Positions 24,501 to 39,000 of a DNA stretch of 64,000 nucleotides are shown here, in pieces (within the stretch, counting starts at the first letter, position 1; every line of letters starts with the position of its first letter). The stretch comes from Camelus ferus. Lineage: Eukaryota. Both the position numbers and the translations under genes were made by a program. The notes under the pieces are model-generated. The model was given only the letters and a program-made list of their open reading frames with translations, did no database searches and was not told the origin of the DNA. Where the stretch lies: contig NC_045697.1 of the NCBI RefSeq assembly GCF_009834535.1, positions 52,578,001 through 52,642,000 on the forward strand. Direction: 5' to 3'.

Positions 24501-26859
24501 ATTTTTTTCGAACTACCCTATATAAACCTCCCTCCTTCTACACTCAATGCATTCCAGAAAACATGTTAATATAAAAATTAGAACAAATATATTTACATGT
24601 TATAAAGACAGTTCTGTTCCCAAAGGTTAAAAAGCTCTAATGCTCACACTCAAGTCCTTCATTTCAGACATAATAAATTTAAATGCATACGAAGTATTCC
24701 AACATGTTTTTTCTTTTCCTTCGCACCTTAATCCACAGGCTCTCATCCAAAGAGTACTGGATTGACTTTGGCATGCCTAAGACTTTCCAGCTTAGTCAAA
24801 ACAAAGTGAAGTTTATGGTACCTATGTTTCTTAGTATTAGCATCAGCATTTAAAAATTTTCCCCTCATCTGTGTAAAGGTGCATGGTAAAATGCAACAGA
24901 GCATTCAAATATCTGCAGCAACAAACACTGAGGTGCAAATAAACCTGGTGATGCTGACAAAACAGAACCGCAGGCTCTGTGAGATGCCTCTGTGAATTCA
25001 CCACAAGTCTCTGAAGGAACACAAGCCCCATTTGAAAGATCAGTTACGGGGTTTCTTATTTATCAAAGCATAGTTTATATGAAAGCCGAAACTACAAAAG
25101 TCAGGTCTTGCCTGACATACAAATGTTTGATGTATAAGACAGTGAGCTTTCTTTGGGACCCTGGAAGAGCAAAAAGTAGCCCCCAAACCACCACAATCCC
25201 TTATACTGTTAGACACTGGTGAGGTACAAGGCAAGAGTGGACGAAGGATGCTCTGGAGACACCACATTCTCTTCTTGCCAAACACAGGACACATATATTT
25301 CCCAAAGAAGCAATATTGTATTTGTTGGTTACATTCCAAAGCCAACTCACAAAAATCTATTTACTGCAAATGTGGCCAAAGTATAGTAATAATAATAAAA
25401 GCTAATACAATAAGTGCTTTGTATGAATTATTTAAAACTTATTACCAGTCCATGAAATAAGTGCTATTAATATCCTCATTTTATGGACAATGAAATTGAG
25501 ACTTAAAGACGTAAGCAGTTAAGGGCATATAGTGATGTAATCTATATACGTTATCAGCTAATAGAATTGAAATAACTAATAACAGTATAGCACTAAAAGC
25601 ATTGTTTTGCTAGAGAATGAATGAAATAGGCTTCTGTGGGCTCGAATAGAATCTTAAGCATCATTCTAATACTGTTTTCTCTGAGGAAATACATTTTGAG
25701 ATTCAAATAACCATATATAATGACTACATTCCAAAAATGAGTTGGAAGCAGCATGTATTTGGTTAGAAAGGTCATCAAACAAATAACCAAAATTAGAGGA
25801 TAAATAGCAGTGTTATCTCTAATAGATAATCACAAATAAAACTAACCACAATCAGTTGAGACAAACCTACTCCAAGAAAAAATTACATACACACATTGTC
25901 TAAGGCAAGTTACTACATTTTCTTTTCTCCTTATCTCAAAAATCAATTATCTGGATAAACACATAACAGCCAAAGACCAAAGTAAAACATCAGTCAGTTC
26001 TTAAAAGATCTGTTCTGCGTCATAACATTCCCTCTCTAGAGATTTGGGACTTGCTTGTGAACTGTTACCAACTTGAATCAATTTCACTAGTTAAAAAGAA
26101 AGAATTACTTCTTTACTGAAGTATAAGAAGACAATTCCCTTTGTGAAGAAGAGTCTCAGAAGAAGTTAAGATTACCTTCTCTCCAATGTCCATTCGTTTT
26201 AACTTTCACAGTCCTCCCAGCTTACTAGTTGGAGCCAAGCTGAAAAGGAAGAGCCTGAAACAGTGCAAAGTCAGACTGTCACCACCCCATTCCAGCCTTG
26301 ACAGAGTCCTCCAAGTCTGTTCTGTAAGTCTCCCTGCCTGTGCTAACAGTTCTATAAAACCAAGAGTCAACACCAGGAAAGACTGGCTAAGGACAAATGA
26401 TGGCACTTACACCAAAAGGAAGCGATGACCAGCTGAGCATTGCCTGTTGCTGCTACATTCACAGAATCATTCCGTTTACGATGGGCTTTGAAAGGCAAGC
26501 ATAGAATAAGCACCTACAGATAAAAAACAACCTGCAAACCTATATAGATGCAATTTTGTTATTAGCCAAATCATTTATTGCTTCATTACACTACTGACTT
26601 GCACTGTTTTGTCACTGGCCCAAGCATTTGTAGAAAAATCTTATTCACTCTTAGTAAGGATTAAGTCTACTTAAGGAAAGAAACTTTGATGTCTGGACAA
26701 AATCTGGAGTAGTATTCTGTGTCCAATTTTGATCCTCTAAAAAAAAAATCAGTAAGGAATTTTTATATGATTAAAAATTAAAATTAAAATTATATATTCT
26801 ATAATATATATTTATACATAAGTATTTATTTATTTAATTATAAATAAATAAAAATTTTT

Positions 26860-27268
26860 TAAATGGGCAGAAGATCTGAATAGACATTTTTCAGAAGATA
26901 TACAAGTGGCCAACAGGCACATGAAAAGATGCTCAATGTCACTAATACTAGAGAAATGCAAATCAAAAAATCTACAAACAACAAATATTGGCACGGATAT
27001 TTGTGGAGAAAAGGGAACGCTAGTACATTGTTGGTGGGAATGTAAATTGGTGCAGCCACCATGGAAAACAGTATGGAAGGTCCTCAAAAAACTAAAAATA
27101 GAACTACCAAGAGTACGATCCAGCAATTCCACTCCTGGATATATAGCTGAAGAAAATGCAAACACTAATTCTAAGAGACATGAACTCCCTTGCTCATAGC
27201 AGCATTATATACAATTGCCAAGGAAGCCACCTAGGTGTCCATCAACAGACGAATGCATAAAGATGTGA

Positions 27269-27329
<61 letters not shown>

Positions 27330-27780
27330 AAATGGAATATTATTCAGCCATAAAAAGAATGAAATTCTGCCATCTGCAACAACATGGATGGGCCTGAAGG
27401 CTATTACGCTTAGTGAATAAGTCAGACAGAGAAAGACAAATACAGTGTGACATAACTTATATGTGGAATTTAAAAAATAAAACAAACTAATGAGTATAAC
27501 AAAACAAAAACAGACTCATAGAGAACAAACCAGTGGTTACCAGTGGGGAGAAGGAAGAGGGGATGGGCAAGACAGGGGTAGGGGATTAAGAGGTACAACT
27601 ACTATGTATAAAATAAGTGAGTTACAAGGGTATATTGTACAGCACAGAGAATACGCTCAACATTTTACAATAATTTCACATGAAGTATAGAGTATAATCT
27701 ATGAAAATATTAAATCACTATGCTATACAACTGAAACTCATATAACGTTGTAAGTCAACTATACTTCAATTTTTAAAAAG
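26860..27780 (+). mobile_element. 5'-truncated LINE-1 (decayed ORF2 C-terminus plus 3' UTR)
   Basis: ORF 26906-27199 gives ANRHMKRCS...[24 protein letters not shown], the L1 ORF2 Cys-rich C-terminal motif. It is followed by the L1 3' UTR ending ...gtcaactatacttcaa. A (TA)n(GA)n microsatellite sits inside. Confidence 0.93.
27269..27327. repeat. Compound (TA)n(GA)n microsatellite
   Basis: Directly visible; embedded in the L1 copy. Confidence 0.95.
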
Positions 27781-30700
27781 AAATTTTATAAAGTAATTCA
27801 AGTTATGTATGAATTCTCTAAGTCTCAATGTCCTCATCTGAAAAATGGTTTAGTAATACCTACACTGCTCAGTTGTGGTGAAGTTACAAGACAACATACA
27901 CAAAGCCACACTGCTTGGCCTGGAGCGAGTGGGCCGACCACCCCGGCAGTGAGTATTACTGTGCAGCAAGGTCCTTAACTTCTCCCAGACAGGCACGAGT
28001 CCACGAAGGTCACCCTGCTAGCAACTGGCAGAGAGGAAATTCAAACCCAGCTCTGCCTGATTCCAGTGCCTTCATGCCATGCCTCCACCCCTGCATGGGA
28101 TAGGAGGAATAACCAGGCAGTTCTTCCAAAGTCTTTTCTAAGCTTATGAGTCCCAGGGTGGGAGCCAGGAACAAAGGATGAGAGAGTTTCCCTCCTGTAA
28201 ACCTTACGCAAAGGGCAGGGGCATCGAGGAAAGAGGTCAGCAGGCACATACCTCTCAATATACCAGAGGTCAATTTGTCAACCTGTTGGTGATACTCAGA
28301 GGACTCACTGGGAAAATGGCTGGAAACAAGCCAGCAGAGTATTTTTGAAAGGTGGTCACCCTGTGAAACACAGACCTGCCAAAGCCACAGAACTTTGGTA
28401 ACTAAGGAAAATTTGGAAAATGACTTCAAATGCCAATGTTTTTAAATCGGAATAAAAGAAAAATAAAAAATAGAAGTGACAGAGGGATGGAAGCAAGAAA
28501 AGAAAGAAAAAAATGTATCCCAGGGCCTTCACTAAAATAGCTAATTTTCTGAAATTAATGATTTCCTAAAATAGAAATGACAAACTTGGTAGATGAGCAA
28601 TAATAATTTCTCTTGTATAATAAAACTACTGACTCTGTACGACGACTAAAGAATTATCAACAATGATAATTACTCATACACTTGTTACGCACCCACTGTG
28701 CTCTGGTCCCTGTAAATGGTTCACTTGTGAGCTTTACAATAATGTATAAGCCCCAGAGTTACCATTAGCTCCATTTTATTTAGGAAGTAGCCTAGTCTCA
28801 GAGCGATGAAGGGAAAGGCCCCAGAAAGCAGAGCCTAAGAGAGGAAATTCACACTCAGATCTTTCTGACCCGAATCATCGCCCTCACTGTGCCCGGCACA
28901 GGGTCCATCTGCTGTGTCCCCCAACCTCAGTGACCAGGGAAAGGTATGAGGTGGATGGAGGGTCCTAGAGGAGCAGACCCAGAGTTATCAGTGGAAGAGC
29001 ATCACCTGCTCCTCAGGGACTAAACCAATGATGCCGAAAATAGTGACACTGAGAGCATGTATCGATTATTCTAAATGGGTGCTATTATGACAATAAGTTG
29101 TTTGGAAAGCACAACCATCTGCACTTTGGACAGGACCAGAATACAAAGTTCTTAGTAAACTAAAAAGCAGTAAAGAACAAATTAATGAATTCTCCACCCT
29201 CCCCCCACCAAAAAAAAACAAAAACAAAACAAGCCCATCTGTGATGTTTTAGTCTACAACTGACAGGACTAACCAGAGGACAGGACAGACAAAATGACTT
29301 CCAGAGTGCTAAGATACTACCGCAATCATCTAGGGTATTTCTTGCAAGGTGCTCAAAGAGTTCACACAATTTATTCTCTCAGCCTGCTTAATAGCTAATA
29401 CGAAGATAGGTATTTTATTGAGTCTAGATTAGAGATGAGACAGTTCAGACAAAAGGAAGTTCCAAGCACATGAAGAGATCACAGCAGAAACAAAATCATA
29501 ACCCATGCTCCCAGTAAAGAATGTATTTGACTGAGAAGTGCTTCCTGGTCAACCGTGACTCCTGATGGTCCCCGGCCAGTGTGCTGGGATCACGTTGCAG
29601 GTGGGCTGAGACGTCCATCCCTCACTCCAGGGGGCTAGCAGGCAGGGCTCCAGGCCCGTCACCTCCAGCAACAAGATGTCTAGACTGTTGACCCCAGAGT
29701 ACTGTACAAATATTATTACTTCCTAAGCATTCTATGACATGAAAAAGATTCAGAAGCATTAGTAAATGAATCCAAACTTCTTTTTTCTCTTGCTCACCAA
29801 CTTTTTGATCAAGAGATGTTAACAGCTTAGAAAATCCACAGTGCACCTGGAGCAGCATGAATAACCATTCCCCCTCAGTCCCTTCCCCTCCTCCACGGGG
29901 CCATTATTTTTCTAACAGCTGTTGGCCGGCGTCATCCCAGGCTGAGGATGACACACTTTCTGAAGTACTGTGTACAGGGCTGCGTAAACCAAGGGAGGCG
30001 GCCACAGCTGAAGGCCCTTCTACACCCCTCAGCCCGGGGTCAGCTGATGTCAGAGAGGGAGCCCCACGCAGTTCAGTTCTCCACACGGGACACTCACAGA
30101 GTGTACAGGGACGCATCTGGGTGCCTGGGGGCCACATGGAGAAAATGATTGAGGAGTGAGTGCCAATTGCGAGGGAGCAACCTGAGTGGGAGCAGAGAAG
30201 AGGGAGGTTTCCTTCCTCCTTTTCCATCTTTCCCTGCATCTGTCAATGCCATCAGCAGGACAGCCACGGAAATGACTGTTCATTAGGAGAACTGGTGTGC
30301 GGTGAAAATCCAGTTCTCCACAGCAGAATGGGCCTGTGTGCAGGCAAAAGAGGCCCCTGCCTTCCAGCCCACCAGCCTGGAAGCAGAGCTCACCTGTGTC
30401 TGCAAATCCCAAAAATAAGAACAGAGCCCTCTACTTCTGCTTTACTAACTCCTGTAACACATCAAGAGCTGCCTCACAGGCCAATAGGAGGCAAGGAGGC
30501 AAAATCAGGATTACTGCTAGTAATGAGAATAAAAGAAGGTACAAATTAGACGCAAGTCAGTCACACAGGGCACGGAGGACAAGACCGAATTCTGAGCTGT
30601 CGTCAGGCCTTAGACTCAGTTCTCACTTTTTTACCATTTTGGAATACAGGCCACCACCTCCACAGTCGCCCCCTCCACCTCTGCCTCAGGCTTCACATCC

Positions 30701-33700
30701 CAGTTTTTCAACCCCAACGTAGCCCTGCCCCGTGGAATCCAATGCGGGTCTTAGTGACCTCCTGGCTTTTCTCTGTTTTGTGGTGAGTCCCTCGGACCAG
30801 TGCAGGTCAGCGTCGGTGTCCACCCTCTGCCCCAAGCAAGGGCGACCCCGCATTCTGCCCAGCCCCAGAGGACTGGGCCCCTTCCTTGCTGCTTTCCCAG
30901 GCAGACACGGTTTTGCCCAGATCCATTCCTTATCCCGAGGATTAAACAGAGGAGGTTGACTATATTAAAACGAACTGTGTGTCTCACCAAGAGAGAAACC
31001 AAAGCTCAGTGCACAGGACACTAAGAAAATACCAGAGTATTCCAAATCAGAGAAGGATAATAGAGACATGGACCTCAAAATTTCAGGGGGGAATTAGAAA
31101 ATTTTGGAATGAGGCCTGGATTATTTCAGATGGAAGACAGACTCTATGAGGGCAGACATACTTGGACAAGCAAAGGTGGGAAAGTGAGATTTTTCCTAGA
31201 TGGCATCTAAGTTGTCTTGTAAACGGCCCATGCGGCCTCCTGACAGCTGGCTGACTTCCGTGGTGACACAGCACTGCGGTCATCACAACCACAAAGCTGG
31301 TTGTAAATCTTACAGCCCCCGACTTAGATGACTCCAGACAAGCCTCTGCTTTCTTTGTACCTGTTTCCTCAACTATAAGCAACAGAGCTCACTTCTGCAT
31401 AACCTCAGGCCTGAGAATGCTATGTGGTTCTGATAAGATCCATGAAGCACTATGAGCTCTTTATTTAAAAAAAAAAAAATTCCAGAGACAGTATTTTCAA
31501 TGTGTGTTTACTCCCAACCTACGGGGGTTTAAATTACCGAATATTCTACCTTCTTAGCAAGACAGATCTGTAGAGGTCCATCTGCCTGACTCCAGGGCCA
31601 GGGTTCCCATTCCTCAGGTTCATGCCCACATACATCAGGAAGTCGTGTTAAACATACCCACGTGTTTTTAAAACTTTCAAATGCAGCAACACTAAGGTCA
31701 CTGTTACTTTGTGCCGGCATATTCTTGATAATATGGACAGAAATCTGTTACAGACCCAAAATATCTATCTATCTCTCTGATAAAAGTACCTCTGGGTGTA
31801 AACTCCCATGCACCACTTTGATGTTTTCATTTTGCAAACTGTTTGGCGTTTCAGAGGTCTATAAAAACCACTGTATTTTAAATAAAGCATGGTAATGACA
31901 GATCTAAATTTACCATGGTATAAAATCAGAGGAGTATCACTATGTCTTTATATTGTTAAAAGCAAATAAATTATAAATCCTTCTTAAATCACCAGCCAAA
32001 GCCCAAAATCTGTAGGCGTAAGCAAACGAAAAGAGGGAAGGTGATTATGAAAAGATAAACTGTTTAATGAAGATGTTTTTGCAGTAAAAGTATATGATGC
32101 AGTCACCCTGGCATACAAAGATATTATCTGAAAGCAATCTAGAAATCACATGGACCTGCAAATGAATAAACGTTCCCAAGATAAATTACAAAGAAAAACA
32201 TTCTGAATGTGAGTTTTCTTTGTCGTGTATTTGGTCTGAAGTCTGTTCAGATTTTTCAGACCATTCTTTGGAAATTTGATTATCCAACACTGTTTCTTTT
32301 TCACTTTTTGACTGTGTTACTACGGTTGTATACCTCCACTTCAGCTCACTTAAACTTTTTATTGAGGCCCTACTTGGCAGTCCAAGCCACAGAGACTGGT
32401 GACAATAAAAAATGAGGAAGACACAGCCACTTCATAGGAGATTATAGCCTACTGAGGTAGAAAGACTCATTAACAGACAATTTTGCAGAGCTTCAAACTC
32501 CAAGAACTCTACTTATTCAAGATTAACAGAGATACTTCTTCATCCTTTTTGTCTACAAACACAGCATTCCCAGTAGCAAGAAGGAAGCATTCTCCTCAGT
32601 TGGGTTAATTTCCTTAAGCTTCTACTTGGGGCTGGGGTGGGGAGTGGAAGGAGGGAGGCAGAGATCACAAGATATATGATCTTTTGTGATAAATAACCCA
32701 TAAAAAAATTTGTCCAGAAAAATTATTAATGGTTAGTCATTTTAACACATACAATACATTGGTTACAAACTCAACTTGCTCAAAAGCACTTCAATATTTC
32801 TTGCAGTTGTCACTTTGAGTACATTTATAGGTCATTGCTTCTTTACAGTGTCTATATAAAGGCCATGATTTCCTCTTAAGCCAGTTAATGGTTATTCAAC
32901 GGCCAAAAAGAAACAAACAAACAAACAAAAAACTAGTCATTCCCTTTCTTACTATCAAGTCTAGAAACTCCAGAAAAAAGGCTGAGAGAAATTCATTTCA
33001 TCTCATGTCAAACATTTTTCGGTCATGGCAAAGGATTACCATAGATCCAAATGAGGGTTTTCTCAGTAGCATCTGGGATCCTAAAGAGATGATACAGACG
33101 ACCTGCAAAACTGATTCCAACATGCTAGAACCTAAATTAATTAAGTTAGCTTGCTTTTCACACAACCATAATAAACAGGAAGGTGATTTCAAATGGAAGA
33201 TTCCAGATGATAATAATGAAAGCACATATCACAATAGGAAGGAAAACCATAATTGATAAATCATTAAATGAGATTATAAGATTTTAGCATAAAAAACAGA
33301 ACCAAGTTTGCTTCCACACACTACAGCACAGTTCTTTTAATGTAATGTGATAAAATGTGTAATGTCAGATTTTATTTCCAATCATCAGTTTTTATTTCTA
33401 AAAATATGATTAACCAATAATAAGATATATGTAATAAACTTGATATATCATATTACTTTCATTTCTCAAAGGAAGGAAGCCTTCCAAAAATTTTTTAAAC
33501 CCAAATGTAAATGAAAGAAGAGAAAAAATAGAATTCAAGCACTAATTTTTTCTACAAAAGGAAAAAAGGCTTTCATGCAGTTCTTAAAAATACAAAGATG
33601 TTTGGAAGACCATGGAGTGATTCGTAAAGGGGGGTTTGAAGTAGCAAATTCTGCATCACTTTCCCACTTTCAGAGCTTCCTTCATCACTGAAGAAAGATG

Positions 33701-33778
33701 AAAATTACATTTATTCACTAAACAATCTGATTTCAACAGTTTAAAGTGCACTTCACAGTCGGTGACCCTTGTTTAGTT

Positions 33779-33825
33779 TGTGTGTGTGTGTGTGTGTCTG
33801 TGTGTGTGTGTGTGTGTGTGTCTGT
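33779..33825. repeat. Interrupted (TG)n microsatellite
   Basis: Directly visible, with two TC interruptions. Confidence 0.95.
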
Positions 33826-34184
33826 GAAATGACAGCGATTTGCACCTACAGGCATACTTTCTTTTAAGGTTAAAGAACCACATCCTATAAATTTATCCTC
33901 ACTCATGGTTACAGATTTCTTTAATTTTTATAATTCTGAATTAATAGGCTTAGAAATATTCTATCTGGAAGACCCATGTGTCTAGACATATTAAATCAAA
34001 TGAAACATCTCCAAGAGACTTCACACTAGTGTCAATAATGTAAACCATCAATTCTCATTTATTCAAGGGATGATTATAGCATCTGGAACACAGCCAACAT
34101 CTCATTTCTTCATGCTGTCCTTTCAACCTGCAGTATCTTATCAATCTTATTGGCAGGCATCTCTCCAAAAGTAGCAATAAACTA

Positions 34185-34415
34185 ACTATTATTAAGTCTT
34201 TACCATGAGACAGGCACTGCTGTCAATATATACTACAGCATTTATAGCATTTGATTTTCTACAACGCTATGAAATCAGTACTATTGGGATGCTTATTTTA
34301 CAGATGAGGGGCACAGGGATGCTAACTGACTTGCCCAAGACCACAGTCATAAATGGCAAAGCAATATGACCTTCCAGTCTGATGCCAGAGGCTGAATACT
34401 TAACCACTACATGAT
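34185..34415 (-). mobile_element. MIR SINE
   Basis: taccatgagacaggcactg...atttttacagatgagg...actgacttgcccaagaccacag...cagtctgatgccagag...cttaaccactac. Confidence 0.7.
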
Positions 34416-34702
34416 TTGCCTCCAGGAGATAATTATGGTAGAGGAAATGAAAACCAAACCAATCAATAGAGTAAGAAACTACCCTCTCCTTTTTTTCATA
34501 TACATAATCAAAATAAATGTGCACTTCATGGGTGAAATAGTTCCAACTACTGATCATAATGAGATTCATGGATTATTCATAGATTCCCATCCATATATTC
34601 AATTCCAGGCCTTCAGTTAATTGAGAGTTACTGGTTCTTATCTTCTTAGGTATTTGTTAAATCTAATACATTGTTTATCAAGCACTGTACTCAGCCCTAA
34701 AT

Positions 34703-34825
34703 TCTTTTATTTTTAATTTTGGTGAAAAACACATAACATAAAATTTTCCATCTTCGCCATTTTTAAGTGTACAGTTCAGTAGTGTTAAATATATTTACAT
34801 CATTGTGTAATAAATCTAGAGAACT
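34703..34825 (-). mobile_element. Old LINE-1 3' tip (L1MA/L1MB-like), reverse orientation
   Basis: T-rich lead, then aaaacacataacataaaattttccatcttcgccatttttaagtgtacagttcagtagtgttaaatatatttacat, the reverse complement of an L1M 3' end. Confidence 0.75.
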
Positions 34826-34834
34826 TTTAGCCCT

Positions 34835-35183
34835 TGTCTTAATCCCTTCAGGCTTCTGTAACAAAATATCATAGATGAGAAGCTTATAAACAACAAAAAT
34901 TTATTGTTCACAGTTCTGGAGGCTGGAAGTCTGAGATCCAGGTGCCCGCCTGGTCAGGTGAGGGCCCTGTTCCAGGGTGCAGACTTCTCAGTATATCCGC
35001 ACATGGCAGAAGGGGCCAGGCAGCTCTGTGGGAATCTCATAAAAGCACAAATCTCATTCACAAGGGCTCCATTCTCATGACCTAATCACCTTCCAAAGGC
35101 CACACCTACTAATACCATCACCTTTGAGAATTAAGATTCCAACATACGAATTTTGGGGGCACACAAACTTTCAGACCATAGCA
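34835..35183 (-). mobile_element. MaLR solo LTR (MLT1A/MLT1A0-like)
   Basis: 349 bp bounded by TG...CA with 5-bp TSD GCCCT (34830-34834, 35184-35188). Contains the diagnostic aatttattgttcacagttctggaggctggaagtctgagatc and catgacctaatcaccttccaaaggc. Confidence 0.9.
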
Positions 35184-35527
35184 GCCCTAAACAATTTTGA
35201 GCTCCATTTTGTTGTATCATTTCATTCTTTATCAATGACCTGCCTTTAAATGTCTGAGGTTGTCCAAAATCTTCAAAACTGTAGAAGCCTTCTTTTTAGA
35301 TAAGCATATATAATAAGACTCTGACGTTATAAGCTAATGATTCTTAACATGCTCTATTTTCATGAAGTTATTAAACCCCTGCCCATCAAGGGCCAGCTGT
35401 GAACTCAAATAAAGAATCTTAAATTTTTGGTAATATTTTGCACTAGTATTTACCAAGTCTCTTATATTGCAGTATTCCTTTATATATGAAGCTTCCCCTA
35501 ATAAGTTGTAATCAAGATCTTATTTGT

Positions 35528-36080
35528 GCATCCTAAATGTCCATTGACAGATGAACGGATAAAGAAAATGTGGTGTATATTTATACCATGGAATACTACT
35601 CAGCCATAAAAAGTAATGAAATAATGTCATTGGCAGCAAAACGGATGGACCTAGATATTTTTACACTAAAAGTAAGCCAGACAGAGAAAGATAAATATCA
35701 TATATTACTTATATGTAGAATCTAAAAAAAAAAAAAAAAGACACAAATGAACTTATTTATAAAACAGAAAGAGACTCATAGACACAGAAAACACACTTAT
35801 GGTTACCAGAGGGGGAAGGAGGGAGAGAAAGATAAATTCGGAGCTTGGGATTGGCAGATACTAACTACTATGTATAGAATAGATAAGCAGCAAGGTCCTA
35901 CTATATAGCACAGGGAACTATATGTAATGGCTTGTAGAAACCTAAAATGAAAAGGAATATAAAAAAGAATATGTGTGTGGGTATATATATATATATATCT
36001 GAATCACTATGTTGTACATCAGAAACTAATAGAACATTGTAAATCAACTACACTTCAATTTTCTAAAAATGAGGGGAAAA
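35528..36080 (+). mobile_element. 5'-truncated LINE-1 (end of ORF2 plus 3' UTR)
   Basis: cctaaatgtccattgacagatgaacggataaagaaaatgtgg...aaatcaactacacttcaa. Perfect 14-bp TSD AAGATCTTATTTGT at 35514-35527 and 36081-36094. Confidence 0.92.
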
Positions 36081-39000
36081 AAGATCTTATTTGTAAAATT
36101 TCATATAAGCATTATCTTATTTACAAAAAAATTAAGTTAATCTACAACTATTCAGGAAAGCAACTACATTGCTTAAAAAGGAACCACAAGGAAGCAAAGA
36201 ACTCCCCTGCTTCCCATGTGTATGTCTTCAATGAGCAGTTTCCCACAAAAATGCTACCAGAGCACGTCATGTGGTCATGTCGGAAAGTAAGCTGAATTAC
36301 AAATGCACAATGGAAGCTGCCATATCCTTATGGGCACACCTTCTTCAGATCTGATAGTAAGAGAGCCCCAAGACTGATTGTAGATAAGCCAGACTTGATC
36401 ACTATCTTTCCAAATTTAACGTACTGTAGTTAAATAACCGTGTTCACTGTTTTTGATTGCCTCACTGCACTTTCTGATGCTTCCGATAATAATGAAAACA
36501 TTAGATTTTTAAAGGTAATATCCTAAAGTAGACAGGCTCTCACTTCCTTCCCACTGAGATTTGGGGGGAGAAGATAGCTCGACACTAATATTTGTTTCAT
36601 TATTCCGAGGGGGCTGAGTAAACATTCTTAAGGGACACTAGTCTAGACTAGATATTCAATGTTTTGTGTATGTCGCCACTTTAACAACATGAATACTTCA
36701 GATGCACTTTTCCAAAAACACGTATAGGTACAAATTCTGGATTCAATATCTGGGGGTTCAGAAGGCCCCCCTTAGGACTCCAGACCTCAAAATTAAGAAT
36801 CTATCCCTGCATTAGAGGTATGAGCCGAGGCTTCTAAGATTCCTAGGGCTTCATGTCCTCGAAACAAGGAGAGGAATGGAACTCTGTCCTGCCTTTAAAG
36901 GTGTTAATCATATGCAAAGAAACTCAGCACTCATCAGAAACAATCACCACACCATTCTCTTTGTTATCTGGTGAGTTTCTCAAGGCATAAAGGGGTTAAT
37001 TGCTCTTAAAGAAAGGCCCTGGCTCTTTTCTATTCAAAGGTTGAGAACCTGAGGGGTGGAGAGCCTTCAGCCGTCTGCCACAGGGACTTCACACTGCATC
37101 TCTCCAGAGAGCTAATCAGTAGACATCTTGACGCTGGCAACACAAACAGGCCAGGAATTCATCTGGCTAACGCAGGTATTATCATCTGGTGGGCCGTGGT
37201 CACCCCCCCAAGCCATCTCATCACTTCTGCTCGCCCACCCTCCTCAAGGCTCCTGTGATATCGCACCTTCCCTCAAGACCTCTCTCTTCTCAAACTCCTT
37301 CCTGATGTATTAACGCCAGTATTCAAAGATGCACTTCATTCTATGCTAAATTAGCCTCTCATCTTCTTACTTGTTCAGGTTTGTCCTCTATATATGTCAC
37401 AGAACTCAGCTGCCCATAATACACTATTAAGTATATATATAGTCTATATTCATTATTCCTCAGACTCCAAGGTTAAGTTAAAGTTACAAAAACTGCAGTT
37501 TCAAAGATTCATTGATCTTTTAAAACCATTTTCGGAATGTGACTTTTCTGCCCCGCAGACTTGCTCTCATCATTCCACCAGGCTTCCCGAATTCTGAATT
37601 TACCAAGTGAGATGCAACTATACTAACTTCAGAGACTAAACCGACAAATACTTACTGCTCTAATTTTGGTAAATTATGTTCCAAAATGATGAGCAGGTAG
37701 GCATGAGATGAAAACAATGGCAACAATGAGAAGAAAAAGTTTTCAAGTATTCAACAACCTTGGTTACTCTTCCCATGACCCTGCCATTGGAAACCAGGAC
37801 AGCATTAAAGAGCTTGTCACCTTGGAAAGCACAGAAACCTCTAAAAATAAAAATCAACATTTCCAGACTCTGCCATAATGGTTTCCTGGTAAACAGAAAG
37901 ACAGGCTTGCTATTCCACCCCCACCGGGGGTGGGTGGCAATTAATTATTCAACATTTGGAAAGTGCTTTGGAGATAAGAAGCTAAGTGCTAAAAATCACC
38001 ATCAATTTGCAGCAAACCGCACTTAAAGTGAACTCACCAGGTTTACTGTTGGAAATTGAACCATTAGTCTTAAGTCCATGATTTCTTTCTCATTTTTTTT
38101 CCCATTTCATTTACACCATTAGACCAAAGAGCTGACACCCATACAGAATACTCTTTTCCTTTCAGTCAACCTTTGAGTGTCCTGTGAGTAAAAAACTAGT
38201 CCTTAATTTTCAGAGAAGATGTAAATTCTAATAATGTAGTTTTGCTGGAATTTACAGTGAGATGTTTACTACATATCTTTCCTTTCTGCTTTTTATTTAA
38301 GAAATATAATAAACAGTGAATCTACTAAACATTTCATTTGTAAAACTATGAGATTAATTAACACCTAGTTTAATGTATTTCTACTGTATTAGTGATCATT
38401 TAAGCAGACATATTTATTTAGATGTCCATGACTGCATTACATGTACAAATTTAGATGAATAATCTAAGAACTGATTAACCTTGATTAATACTCTAAATGA
38501 AAGTAATGTCATTCTATTTAAACAAAAAGCTGGGTTTTTTAGACAATTTTTCCTTTTTATCTACAATATATTCTGGTTTTAATTTACTCATTTTAAAACT
38601 CAAAACAACAGCCCAAGATTGAGAATTTCTATTCACCAGAGCATAGCTAAAAACCACATCAAAATCCACCTGCATTCAAAATAGAGGGAACATGAAGTGG
38701 TTTTTAGAGAGTCACTATCAGGCCATGCTCCGGAAAACCATCACATGGTAACTGTGGTCAGTTTGGGATTGACTACACAAGAGTAGAACTCATTCTTACC
38801 TATGTCCATTTTGGAACTCATAAATAATTTTGTCTGAAACACTATTTTTTACTTCATGTCTCTTACACAGTGAAAGACCATATATACAAATGTCATAATT
38901 TCATGTTTTTGAAAATTAAAAGCTGTACTGACATAATCTTGGATATGAGACTTGTTTCCATTACATCAACCTCAGCCACATTTCTCTAAAAAGAGGGTTT

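Noticed and set aside
26830..27690. ORFs of 60-111 aa as a host gene
   Set aside because: They are sense and antisense translations of a decayed L1 ORF2/3' UTR.
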